Shown here: in pieces, positions 43,677 to 56,550 of the stretch | How positions within the stretch are numbered: position 1 is the stretch's first letter | How the letters are laid out: each line of letters opens with the position of its first letter | Notes under the pieces: generated by a model | What the model was told of the DNA's origin: nothing | Database searches by the model: none | The model's input: the letters and a program-made list of their open reading frames with translations, nothing else | Source: Chrysomallon squamiferum | Lineage: Eukaryota; Animalia; Mollusca | Reading direction: 5' to 3' | NCBI GenBank assembly: GCA_012295275.1 | Contig: CM022671.1 | Location: forward strand, 21,142,001 to 21,206,000 | Length of the DNA: 64,000 nt | Made by a program: the position numbers and the translations under genes

Positions 43677-44359
43677 GAAAAAAATGGGATAGGTATCATT
43701 GTCATCAAATATATTATTCATGAACGTAATACATATTTTTGATACTAGTATTATGTACTGTTTTAATTAGAAAGACAGGGCTGATTTAATATTTCAGAAA
43801 ATTGAGAATCGCCATCATTGTTATGAAATTCACAGCAGTAAATAAATTATCTTTTGCCTATGAACTATTATTATTATTATATCTCTGCGCAACAACAATT
43901 TCAGTAAAGGGAAGGCGCATTCATCATTATGAATTTTATTTTGAATGATTGTAATAAATAATCTTAATAGTCTGTCATTTGTCTATTAATATTTATTATA
44001 ACATTATGGCTGAAAAAATGGGATAGGTATCATTGTCATCAAATATATTATTCATGAACGTAATACATATTTTTGATACTAGTATTATGTACTGTTTTAA
44101 TTAGAAAGACAGGGCTGATTTAATATTTCAGAAAATTGAGAATCGCCATCATTGTTATGAAATTCACAGCAGTAAATAATTTTGATTATCTAACAGTTGC
44201 CTATGAACTATTATTATTATTATTATATCTCTGCGCAACAACAATTTCAGTAAAGGGAAGGCGCATTCATCATTATGAATTTTATTTTGAATGATTGTAA
44301 TAAATAATCTTAATAGTCTGTCATTTGTCTATTAATATTTATTATAACATTATGGCTGA
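43677..44359 (+). repeat. Near-perfect tandem duplication of about 340 bp
   Basis: gaaaaaatgggataggtatcattgtcatc...attataacattatggctga occurs at about 43677-44012 and again at about 44012-44359, with only small indels. Confidence 0.9.
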
Positions 44360-44663
44360 TCCATATAACAATATTGTAAATTTAAATATATTTGTTATTT
44401 TTAATGCTGCTCTTATCTGTTGTTATTAAATCCAGAATTATATATATATATATGAACATAATGGCGGCATGTATAATATGGGGATGAGCCGGTTATACCC
44501 TCACAAATAACCATTGAGCAAACACAATTCATCGATGAATACGATTCAAAAAAAAAAAAAAAAAAAAAAAAAAAAGAAAGATGTTTTATTTTATAAAACA
44601 TTGTTATAAATGCCACTCGATCGTGTAATGTCATGTACTATATAAAATATAAAAATAAAAGTA

Positions 44664-44737
44664 TAATATAATATAATATAATATAATATAATATAATATA
44701 ATATAATATAATATAATATAATATAATATAATATAAT
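44664..44737 (+). repeat. (TATAA)n pentanucleotide microsatellite
   Basis: Direct reading of the sequence. Confidence 0.9.
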
Positions 44738-45482
44738 AAACAAACAAATAAATAAATAAAACAATAAACAGTCAAATAAATGATGATGATGATGATGATA
44801 CAATTACTGCTACTAATAATAATAATAAAGAAGAAAAGAAAGAGACAAAAAAAATCCAGCAAAAAATAGTTTTCGGGTACTAAGCACTAACATGATTCTT
44901 GTTGAGTGGTTTTGAGAATAGGAATAAATCTTACGTTTATCGTGACAATTTTGAAATGATTAATAAAAAGGTGTTAAGTGGTTTTGACACTATTTCAGTA
45001 GTTGGTGAGATCTAATTTTATTTATTTATTTATTTTATTTTATTTTATTTTATTTTATTTTTCATGTACGGTGATTATACTCAAGAAGCTCAATCTGACT
45101 GAAGTGCTTGTTTGAGGTTTCAAGAAACGTCTGCTAAAATAAGAGAACTTTAGGAAATACACGTATATGCATTATAATTATTATAGTTAAAAAAATGTAT
45201 TCGTAGCATTTATTCTAAATTATAATTTAAAATGACAAAAAAGGCAGGTTATTGGAATTATGTAAATATTTCTTTTTTGCTGACAGAGTGGATTTCTGTT
45301 CGCATTAATATAGATAAAGTAATACTACTTTATCGATACATACCTATAATTACTGCTTAGCACAATATTTTTGTAATTAATTAAACAATTATAAAACATT
45401 GTTTCTCTATCATTTATATATATATCAGAAAGTATTGTGGAAAAAGAATTTCTTTCATATTTCATTCTAAAGGCTTTAAGAG

Positions 45483-45511
45483 TGACGTAATGTTTTCCGG
45501 GATTGACGTCA
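45483..45511 (+). promoter_or_regulatory. CRE-ETS-CRE cluster immediately upstream of the F-box ATG
   Basis: TGACGTAA (45483-45490), TTCCGG (45495-45500) and perfect TGACGTCA (45504-45511), ending about 27 nt before the ATG. Confidence 0.5.
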
Positions 45512-45537
45512 TGTAATTGATTATTTTATTTAACACA

Positions 45538-47528
45538 ATGTCCACGAACAATAGCGAATGTAATTTGTATAACTGGCAGAATCTGCCAACTGAGGCCTTA
45601 GTCAAGGTATATGGGTATCTTGATGACTTTACGAGATGTCAGATGTCATTAACATGCAAACACTGGCACGAAGGGTTCAACACTCCTGTTTTATGGAGAA
45701 GGAGATTTTTTTTATTTACCGGTTTCCGTGCTATGGAAAACGCCATAATAGCGTGCAAATACCTGAGGTCACTGGGCAGGTACCTAAGACATATAGAAGT
45801 GGAATGCGGTCATCCTGTCTTGCATACGGCTCGTCCTATTGCACAGGCAATGGACAAATTTGTCACACAAATAAACAAGATGAGGTGTATTCACATCGTC
45901 AGTTTTAAAATGGAGCAGCTGGGAATCAATCGAGCGTGGCAGTTCTTCCAGTCCTCGAAATCGCGGTTAGTGTCGGCTCTCTGCAAATTTCTCAAAAGTC
46001 AAAAACATCTGCGGACGCTGGAACTGACGGGCGCGCAGCTAGTCGCAGATGATGGGTCCTGTCTAATCAAAGCTCTGGGGCAGTCGCAGGCCAGAAAAAC
46101 TCTTCGGAATCTTTACATCGAGAATTTCTATGAGCTGAGGCGTGTCGCTTACAACGACGAAGAATTTCTTAACACCATGAGGAAGCTGACGGCGTTGAGA
46201 CACGTATTTCTAAACTTCATTTACGTCAGCGAGACAGTGCTGGCTATCTTGGCGAATCGAGCGGGAAAATCGCTGGATTATCTCAGAATCGTCGTCGATT
46301 CCAGAGAACCGTTTGATCACAGCATTTCTCCCGAGGCTTGGTCGGCGTTCAGCTCGCTGTGTCCGAAAGTGAAACTAGTGTTTCATTTCCTTGGGAAACT
46401 GAAGTATTCGGATTACACCAGAACTTTGGTCAAGGGGATGCCTTTAGTTGATCTGAATATCATTAGCTGGGAGTCACTGCCCAACATCAGAGATCCCGAG
46501 AGAGAAAGGATGGCAGACGTGCTGAAATATGTTGGCGATAATTTTACCAATACTTTAGGTATCTGTGAAACATTGATAATGATAATGGTGGTGATGATGA
46601 CGACAATGATGATGATGATAATGAAATTAATAATAAAAACTTCGTGCAATTCTAAATTTATTATTCTATTAAAGAAGTATCATATGCTGCATGCACATAG
46701 TTTCTTAAGTATGTTAGATGTTTGATTCCACTCTTCAGACCAGTGTTATACCTCCATCCCACCAACAACAGTTAATAAAGTAAAATAAAATCTCATAATT
46801 ATATAATAAGTAAGTAAGTAAGTAAATATTGCTCTATTACAGAGTTTTAGTCACCTTCTTTAAACAAACGAAATCGAGTTTATAGCTACATTTTTTTTTT
46901 TTTTTTTTTTTTTCTTAGTGCATTTCAGACTGTCGGTTGACCACACAATTCAGCCAGTCGTGGACGTTTCTCTAATTCACCTAATTACAAGATGTTCCAG
47001 TCTAAGTGAAGTCTCCATTAACTGCAAGCTGGAGTTGCCCACTGTGGAATCCATATGCAAAATGGTGGGCGACCGCACCAGGAGAGGTAACTCGCAAATA
47101 TCCAGTGTGATATATTACTCATTTCTCTGACGTACCCCTATCGAATAATTTATACTAATGACAAAACTCTTATTAAATACACAATAATCATTACATGAAC
47201 TTTAAAAAAAAAAAATTAATTGTCCATAATTATTTCATAATAAAGGTTTGTAGACCTCATCTTTGTTGGGACTCGATCGATTCATTAACTAAACTGCTAA
47301 AGCCAGGGACTGGGATGTGAACTCAGAACCAGTCTGTTTTTGATTTCGCGAATTTTCGTTAAATGATTTGCAACTGTCCTTGTAGGTTTAGCCAGCCTGG
47401 AGCTGAGGGTTCGAGGGTTGACAGGCGACGATATGTCGAGACTTGCATTGGTGACGCAGCACACGTTGTGTAGCATGGGATTCAGACGAGTCGAGGTCCT
47501 CACTGATGGTGACACCTTGGATGACTGA
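45538..47528 (+). CDS. F-box/LRR-like protein, FBXO39-like
   Basis: Exons 45538-46558, 46919-47086, 47386-47528 (TGA). N-terminal F-box WQNLPTEALVKVYGYLDDFTRCQMSLTCKHWHEGFNTPVLWR followed by degenerate LRRs (LRTLELTG, LRNLYIENF, LRHVFLNF, AWSAFSSLCPKVKL). Confidence 0.85.
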
Positions 47529-49849
47529 GCTGTATGCATACGTCACGTGACAACCAGAACCATTCTGTTAGATAACTGATAGGTGAAGGTTTTAGAAATA
47601 TTAAGACTTTATTATTTATTTATTTTTATATTCCTATTATTATTGCAAGAAAATCATGGTAGCAAATTATTTTAGTATGAATAGGCACGGCCTTCAGATT
47701 AAGCTGGTCTTTAAAAATTGGAAATGGAAGAAGAATACCCCCAAAAACAAAAATTTAATTTTTTGCGTTCTTTAACATTTAGAATTAAATTTTTTAGAGT
47801 AAATGATAGAGCTAATTTGGAACACAAACGTAAGGAACGTGCGTTTTTAAAATATAAAAATTCTACATTGTCTTAAATTAATTAAAATTACATAAGGGAT
47901 TGTTTAAGGAAAAAACAAATTTAAGAAAAAAAAAAAGAAGAAAAAAACCAAACCTATCAATCTAAGATATTTAAAGTATCAAGCGAAGCAGTCAAAAATC
48001 TTTATAACGATCCCAAACATACCGGCTTCCCCCAGTAACTGAGCAACTGTAACCTGTATTTAAATACACATGAATTTACCTCGTCTTATCGCTATCAACC
48101 AGTGTTTCAGGCAAAACATGTTAAAATTATCAGATAAAAGACCATCAGTCGATCTTATCAACGGCTATCGAGCAAAATAATTTTCATGCTGTGAAATTTT
48201 TCACGAATGTAAATAATATTTGTCTCAATAGTTTTCATAAACATCAGAGTTAATCAACTTGGCATGGCATTTATGCTAAGTTGGTACCACTGGTGTTATC
48301 AGTTTCTTGCAATCATTAGCTGACCATTCGTTATTTAAACATTGCCAAATGTAACAACCATTCCCTACCAGTTCCTTGTGTTTCTATACCGCAAAACAAC
48401 TATCAATCTATTGATTCTCTGGTATCAGTGAATTTAAAACAAATGTCATGCATTTCTTAGAGAAAACGTTAATGAATGACAAAAATACAGGAAATATATA
48501 TTGTTCAGCTATTAGCTTTTTATTTTTTTATTTCTGTGGTAAATTTGTTTGTCAATACTTTAGTCAAAATAAAGGGGTCCATAACTCAACATACTTTTTA
48601 TTATCTTTGACTACGTTTTTGATGCATGTAGTACTTCCTAATCTCAGAAAACTGATTATGCCACCAAAATCAGTTGAGCACCAAAATAAGCACTGTATTC
48701 TAAATAACAGACTGGAATTAAAATCATTACCAACAGATTTTCTCAGTTATTGTGTAATTTTATATTACTGTAGTTGCTTGGTCTTCCAAATATTAGCATT
48801 GCTAAATTACTTTTATAATATGCCTGCTTGATTTATACAAATGTTTTGTAAAATAAGATTTAGACAATCTTTTTTTTATTACATATATATTTATGTATGT
48901 CAAGGCTAGTGGTGAAGAACATTTGTAAAAGTTTATTATGGTATTAAAAGTGATGTTGTTTATTTGTCTTTTTGTTTATTTTAACCATGGACATTTGATT
49001 CATGGAAAAAAAACTGAAGAATATGTCAATAGAAAGACTTAGAATTTCATTTTAATTCTGCTATCTTCAGTCTTGAAAAGAAATACTTATTATTTTTTAC
49101 TTTTCATTTCTTTCACAAACATTCTCAACAAATAAATATAATGCTTTTAAAGAAAACTCACATATATATATATGAGAGAGAGTTATGAACTTGATAGTAA
49201 ACATTCTCTTTATATTACAAGAAAATAATAATACAGGTATGTAACTGTTGAATATTCATGTTAAAAAGAACATGCTGATAACCAGTAGTGATCATAATCT
49301 ATTTATTTATTACAAAATCTGAAGAAAAAAAATAATAATAACATTGCAATCTTAACTGTAGCAAAAGCACTAAACAATTAAAAATAACAAGATTCAGTAT
49401 ATAAAAGCTCTATAATAACAAACATAATATTATTGAATATTTGATATACAGTATTATATTTGACAATAGAAAATACATAAGTGAAAATGTCCTTCTCTAA
49501 TGGTCAAAAAAATAAAAATAAAATTTTAAAATTCAATATACATTTGTTTTTTTTTAAAATTACAGCCAAAGGAAACTGCATTTATCTGGGTCATAATGAT
49601 TTACAACTTTTTAAAGTATCTGAAAATTTTAAATAAAATTTATAAGAGAATAAGAAAGGAGAACCATAACTGACATTACAGCAAACTGCCTGCAGTAAAT
49701 TATAGCAAACCAATTACAAGAGAAAAAAAATATGTAAAGTTATCCAAAGAAAATAATACATCTACAAAAATTTGGCACTATAAATAATATAAAGCATGCT
49801 AAAAATAATATCAAATATAGTTTGAATACAACAGCCATTTTTATTATTA

Positions 49850-50003
49850 TAAATACCACAGCCTGTTTCTGAAATAAGGCATTCACCTAAGACTATGTTA
49901 AAATAAATATTTAAAACAGATTTGTTAATATACCACAGCCTGTTTCTGAAATAAGGCACTCACCTAAGACTATGTTAAAATAAATACTTAAAACAGATTT
50001 GTT
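49850..50003 (+). repeat. Direct tandem repeat, 2 x about 78 bp
   Basis: ataccacagcctgtttctgaaataaggca(t/c)tcacctaagactatgttaaaataaata(t/c)ttaaaacagatttgtta occurs twice, with a partial copy near 51272. Confidence 0.85.
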
Positions 50004-50657
50004 ATTAATTAACCACAGCCACTTATTATAAAGCTAAGAAGAAAACAATGAAATCCTCTACAAAATAGTTTGGTGTATGAAAGCAACTACGGACTGACTG
50101 AAATGACAAATGAAACTCACTAGTTCTGAGAGATCATTTATGAATCTACGGCACTTGTCTTCCATATTTGGTGTATGGATAATCACATATTTTAAGGAAG
50201 AATAATGACAAAGACAAATCAATGAATTTCATTACTTCTCAATAAAAACTAAAAAAATCATTTATACTAACTTTGCAACTATCCATGGCAACTGAGGTCG
50301 TAACGACAACAGAGTACATTTTAATTTTCTGTTGTTTTCCAGTTTTTTAACAATTCTGATTCTAAAAGATGTGAATTGTAAAATTGCATTACACACTATC
50401 AGGAGAATAGTTTTCAAATTTCTTTTATTAAAGGGACATTTTAATAAAAAATGTTAAAACAATAAATACCAAAAAGACCACATCACCTATGCCAAGTAAA
50501 GAACTTTTGTTTTAAAATCAAGTTCGCAACTTAAAGCCAGTAAAAAATGAAAAATATAAAATAAAACAACCCAAATAAATTTTAAAAGCTTCAAAAAATA
50601 AAGGCTCAAAAATTCTTAAAAATGTTCTTGATATTTTAACCATGTTTGCCATTTACA

Positions 50658-53600
50658 TTATAAAGGTGACAAAAAATCACGAGAATGAGGAGAATCATTC
50701 TGACTAGTCAGTGCAGCAGTGTTTGGTGTAGAACAAGAGCTGGAAGTATTTGTTTTTGGTGATGGTGTTTTAACACTCTTTCTGCTTGAAGAACTGGAAG
50801 GAGTACCAACTCTGGAGGTTTTTGAGGTTGCAGGTGGAGTAGAAAAGTCAGGACTGGAGAAATTAGAACCTGAAGAGTTTGAGTCATCGGATGAATTTGT
50901 ATGTACAGACTGAAACAGAGAGAAAAAGATTATTTTTTTAACAAACATAAATATGGATAACCCAGTATGATAAAAATCATTATTCTGAAACCACTAATTC
51001 AGTTTATCTCATATAAAATGCGTTAATAAAAGAAAGCAGATATTACCACATTTGGAAAAAAGTTGATAGACAGAATACATAGAAACACAAAAACACACAC
51101 AATGCACAAGTTTGCAACTTCCAAATTAAAGAAAATGTAAAGTTATGCAAAAGAAAACAATACATCTTCAATTGATATTTTTTTTCACCATAAGTAAAAT
51201 ATATATGGCATCCGAAAATATAAAATACAAATATAATCTGAATACAAAAGCCATTTATATGATTATAATTAACACAGCTTGTTTTTAAAATAAGGCATTC
51301 ACATATGTAAATGTTTAAAATGTCGTCATTATTAGAAGTGGAAACTGCATTTTGCTTTACGTTAACAGTGATATTAGAATATCTGTCTACAAATATCCTA
51401 GTTTACAAACCTTAAACCGTTTTCTGAGAGCTCTTGTCATCACAGGAGTCAGCCCTGCTCCACTTTCTCGTCTTCTTTTTGTGTTCACTATGGGTGTACC
51501 GCCTGGACTCCTACAAATAACATTAAATCTTTTATATAAGAGATAAGAGTAAGAAAACATGTCACAATTAAAAACAGTCAAAATTCTAATTATTTTTCAG
51601 TTCAAACAAAACACAACTCTCTCATTTCATAGGTACAAGGTGCATGTATGCGTACATATTTTATATAAGCCTGGTTTGTTTTTCTGTTCTTATACTTATG
51701 TGAAAGAAACTGCAAATCAATGAGTAGAAATGTTTCTTAAAAATAATATTGTAATACACCAAGACTTCTAAATTGTTAGTTATGCAGCTAGGAGAAGTTT
51801 AAGTTTAGACAAAAATTAAGTCATAATCAGATTTTAATTAGATAAAAAAAATATCAATATCATTTATGCTAGGATATTATTTAATATTTTTACACATCAG
51901 TTTAAAAGTTCAAAGTATAGTCACTTATAAAATTATGTGCAGTAAACTTTAGGAAAATTAAATAACATTAAACAAACCTCTGACATGATGTACGTCTCAA
52001 TTTTCTTTTTTTTATCATTTCATCAGTTATCCTGAAAAAATATGATAGAAAATTATAAATGTAAATTTATAGAATGTGTCTTCCTATCATTTATTTTTCA
52101 TTTTAATTTAATAATTAAAACAAGTTCTTTGAAATATAAATTCAACAGTAAACTGAACATCTTTAAGATATATCTTGCTAATATTTACTTACCTACTTCT
52201 TGCTCTCTCTCTCTCTCTATGTCTATTTTATTAACTAATTATAATAAATACAGCTATTTATTTTAACATGAAAAAGAATCACTGATAATGTAAAACAGAA
52301 TATCTCCGCCTTTTGAAACCTTTCTTTTAAATATGCTTACATTCTTTGTAAATTTTCCTTGTCTACTTGTCTCAGAGAAACAGCTGACTGGGTTTTCCTC
52401 AGTGTAATACGCTTCAGATCTTTTAACTGTACGACCGCAGTACCAGTATTATTCTATTAAAATAAAGATATTAAAAATGTTATGTTTAAAAAAAATATAA
52501 ATAAGCCTGAATATTAAAAATAAGACTCACTGCAATGTGAATTATTAAAAAAAATCAATACTAATGTAAAAGAAAGGTATATTATTTATCAGGTTTTTGG
52601 AAAACAAATGCTTATGGCTGCAGTTTTAATTACTTTACTATATTTTATTTTATTTTGTTTAGAGTACCTTTTGATTAAACATTTTAATTAAGTGATGGTT
52701 CAAATAATTAGATAATTTAGTATAAATCAAGTGATTGCAAGCTGATACTGCGAAAAACACTGTTTAGAAAACAATGAGCTATTAGTTATACTTAGAATTA
52801 CAAAAATGACTTCCTCTGCAACTCATGTAACATATAGTTTATTTTCAGTGTGATGTAATTTGAACAAAAAAAGTAAAAAAGATATTAAGTGGAATTTTAT
52901 CAGTACTATTCTATTAAATTTATTCTTTAAAAAAATGTAGTGGGACACATTTGGCTTTTTTTTTTTTTTTAATAATAACTGTGACTTACCTTAATTATCA
53001 TCAATTACCTTGAAAAACATCAGAACAAAAGGAGAGAAAAATACCTTTTACTTGTTACATTTTACAGAATTAGACTTTAAAAGGTTGAAATTAACAAAAT
53101 TAATTACTGGTACATTTCATTACTTACATTTAATGTTTTTAAGCTGCGTTCTCCTGGAGTTTTTAACTTGACTTTTTTCAGGTCCTCTGCAGTAACAACC
53201 AACTTTCCTCCATCAACAGGAATGTTTGGATTCTGAATTTAGAAAATATAGCTTTTAGTTATTTACTTTATCATTATGCAAAACAAAAATAAAGTAATAA
53301 TATCATTTAATACTATAATATTAATATAACAATTTAGAAACCTATCAATAACACACAAACACTAGTGGAATGTAAATTCTGCTTTTGTAGTTTCAGTATT
53401 TATTTTCATTTTTTCTTTAAGAAAAAAACAAAATATAGAATTATTTATCAAACCTTTTCCTCAGATCCATGACTTCTTCGTTTAATCACCAATTTGCAAT
53501 TCTTGGTAATTGGAGGTGGTGGTGGAGGGGGAGGGGGTGGTGGTGGGGGAGGAGGAGCTGGTTCACAGAATGTCTTTTGTTGTTGTTCTAGTTGCTGAAG

Positions 53601-54276
53601 TTTAAAGGCAACATCTTTCTCAAGTTTATCCTGCAGAAAATCAGTTTCCATAATAATTAAAAAATCATGAATGTCGTTTTAATAATATTAAAATGATAAA
53701 TTATTACAGAATTATAATTTCCCATTAAATTTTAACTGTTTTCACGAGATGTTTTTGCTTAACACTCATAATACTATGTCAGACCTTATTATATTCCAAC
53801 AAGTAATAATTTAATGAGAACTTACACTTTCTCCCATTCACTCATTAACTCTCTCCCCCCCTCTCTCTCATTCCCCTCCCTATCCCTCTCTCTCTCTTTT
53901 TCTCATACACTTATAAATTCACCTTTTCTGATTTCATTTTGTTCAGTTCTTTCTCAAGTTCTTCAACACGTCTAAGTGTTTCTGCAAGTTCCTGTTGGAA
54001 ATGATTTCGAGTCATGAACAAATCTTTCACTCTGGACACTCCCTAATTCAAAATACACAACCATTCAATATTTTGGTACATAGATGAATGAATATTTTTT
54101 TTACTCTATACCTACTTTTCAATTCCTTTGAAATGTTTAATGGATTGTGCATTATAGAGCATTATAAACTGCAGCCTGTAACAAACAAGGGAAATAACTA
54201 CTTTTAAAACTAAAATATTTGGGATTCAGACACAGAATAGTATTAGTTAATTCATAACAATATAAAATAATGTTTA

Positions 54277-54308
<32 letters not shown>

Positions 54309-54518
54309 GGGAAGCTTTCAGTAATGCCAAGAACACAGTGGACTTTTGTATTTGAAAAAAGAAGAATAGTTCTTAAATTCAAAGTAGTAACATATTTTAA
54401 AGAATTGTAATACACTAACCGTATGTACTGAGTTATATTTTCGATGGCACCATTCTACAAGATGGTTAAACATTTCTGAGTAGTTGGCAAGGCCATTATA
54501 GACAGTCATATCATCCAT
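50658..54518 (-). CDS. PRR11: Proline-rich protein 11
   Basis: Exons (minus): 54518-54420, 54042-53923, 53630-53454 (poly-Pro), 53232-53128 ([12 protein letters not shown]), 52453-52341 ([14 protein letters not shown]), 52031-51978 (KLRRT), 51510-51411 ([10 protein letters not shown]...[16 protein letters not shown]), 50909-50658. All phases are compatible. The motif order matches vertebrate PRR11 as recalled (poly-Pro, ITVKDLLTVKLKK, RSPGGTP, GLTPVMTQALRRKF), and it is head-to-head with SKA2. Confidence 0.88.
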
Positions 54519-55248
54519 CTTAGTCAGATTCTGTAGCTGTTAACAAACAACAAACACAACATTTGTTAAAAAAAGGAAATAGACCAAAATTTCTTTTAAA
54601 TGTTTAAACAAATGGAAATCAAAGACAAATAACCTTCTTTAATGGGGGTTTTTTGGGTGTGTTTGTGTTTGTGTTTTTTTTACAAGGTTTTCTTTTTCTT
54701 CTGTATTTCTTTAAACAGCTGACTCCTACACTTGTCTCAATGTATAACAGTTTAATTTTCATAAAATAAAAACAGAGAGTTCATATTACTAATTCATAAT
54801 ACTTTGTTTAACAGAGGATGTTATTCTTTTACTTATCTACATAATAAAACATTTACTAATAAATATAATGCTTTGTTTTTCTCACAAGCACACACTCATA
54901 CACACACTATCTAACAAACCAAAAATAAATTTAAAAAAACTAATTATAAATAAATAAATTGCTATTTTTAAAAAAATCACCAACAGAATATCAGAAAAGA
55001 CCGTACTTTATATAAACATTCAAACAAAAAGCTTATGAACAATATTAATATATCTTCACATATTTTAAAATTGTAAATTTGTACATTTAAATGTGTAGAT
55101 ATCTATATATATATATATATATATATCTCATTATGATTATAAGTATTTAATTATTCATTTTTGATTTATTTATAAAAAAACAACAAAAACCAGCTCGAGT
55201 ATATATTGCATTTAAGCAGGCTGTAAGTAATAAACCACAATACACTTT

Positions 55249-56550
55249 TTACACTTTATGTTCACACATTTCAAGAACAGCGTCAGCTAAAGTCTGATAA
55301 TCACTGATTGAGTTATATACGTGGCAGGATATTCTCACATACAGTTTATTCTCAATGCATTTTACTGGAACCTCAATGTTGTAATCATGGTACAGTTTGT
55401 TTTGCCATTTTTCTGCAGTACTGTAATCAACAAAATCTTCATTTTCATAGAGGCTTGAAGGAACTCTGACCAAACTCATTGTTCGAAACATATCTTCAGG
55501 TGCTGCCAAGTCTGTTTTCCAGAACTCAACCAGCAATCTGCCTGCCTCTCTGCAGAGGTTGTGCATGTATGTTTGAAGCATATCAGCTCTAAATGTTTGC
55601 CAAAAATCTAGGACAGTATGTAGTGACAGAAAAGGACTGTAATCATGGAGACCTGTCCAGACAAATTCTGAATTGAATCCAGATCCAAATCCATGTGATA
55701 TAACTGCAGGTTTTATTAATGACTGGAATCTTTTGCTCACATACAAGAATGCTGCCCCTTTTGGATTACAGAACCATTTGTGTGCATTTGATACATAGAA
55801 ATCTGGCTGGAGACTTCTAAGTTTCAAAGAAATAGACCCCAGTGCATGAGCCCCATCAATAAATACTGGAACATTTTTCTCATGACAAATATCAATAATT
55901 TCTTTTATTGGCAGCATGAATGGTGTATTGCTTGGAATGTGGTCAAAGACAGCCAGTTTAGTAACATTGCCATCTAATTCTTTTCTCACAAGATCTGTCA
56001 GCTGATCAGGTCCAGAGATAGGAAAATGTACTGTCACTTCTTTGACTCTGGCACCAGTTTTTGTGCATATATATTTCAGCAACTTTTTTACTGCTCCGTA
56101 AGTAATATTAAATGTAAATATGATGTCTCCTGGTTTGAAATCAAAACTTTTTAGGACAGCATTGGTACCAGTTGTTGCGTTATTAACTAGGACAATGTCA
56201 TTGGGATCAGAGTCAACGAAATCTGCAAGACGTCTCGTTACAAATACAAGATGAGGTAGGAGTTCACGATCATAAAAACGAAGGGGTTGTCTTTCTGCAT
56301 ATACCTGCCATTTCTGAGCTTGCTCCAAGGCAGGTTTAAGAACCGCCCCAAAAGCGCCATGGTTCAGAAATGTGCATTCATCTTCCAATAAAAAGAAAGT
56401 ATTTCTGAAGTTCTTTCCAAATGCAATTATTTCTGTAGTGTCAAAACTGTATTTAAATGGCATTTCTGGAGGAAAATATTTTTCACTGTGCATATTTATA
56501 AGTTCTTGAACATTTGAAGAATGGAAACTTCCAAAATCCCTTTTGTTCAT
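55249..56550 (-). CDS. Intronless fold-type-I PLP enzyme (aminotransferase class V): hercynylcysteine sulfoxide lyase Egt2 / L-cysteine desulfhydrase / isopenicillin N epimerase-like
   Basis: Uninterrupted 433-aa ORF from accATG at 56550. Motifs FLNHGAFG, NATTGTNAVL, VFDHIPS, IDGAHALG, SNAHKW (PLP lysine), VISHG, FVWTGLHDYS and VRISCHVYN. Candidate AATAAA (minus) at 55165-55170. Confidence 0.92.
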   Translation of the reverse strand: MNKRDFGSFHSSNVQELINMHSEKYFPPEMPFKYSFDTTEIIAFGKNFRNTFFLLEDECTFLNHGAFGAVLKPALEQAQKWQVYAERQPLRFYDRELLPHLVFVTRRLADFVDSDPNDIVLVNNATTGTNAVLKSFDFKPGDIIFTFNITYGAVKKLLKYICTKTGARVKEVTVHFPISGPDQLTDLVRKELDGNVTKLAVFDHIPSNTPFMLPIKEIIDICHEKNVPVFIDGAHALGSISLKLRSLQPDFYVSNAHKWFCNPKGAAFLYVSKRFQSLIKPAVISHGFGSGFNSEFVWTGLHDYSPFLSLHTVLDFWQTFRADMLQTYMHNLCREAGRLLVEFWKTDLAAPEDMFRTMSLVRVPSSLYENEDFVDYSTAEKWQNKLYHDYNIEVPVKCIENKLYVRISCHVYNSISDYQTLADAVLEMCEHKV

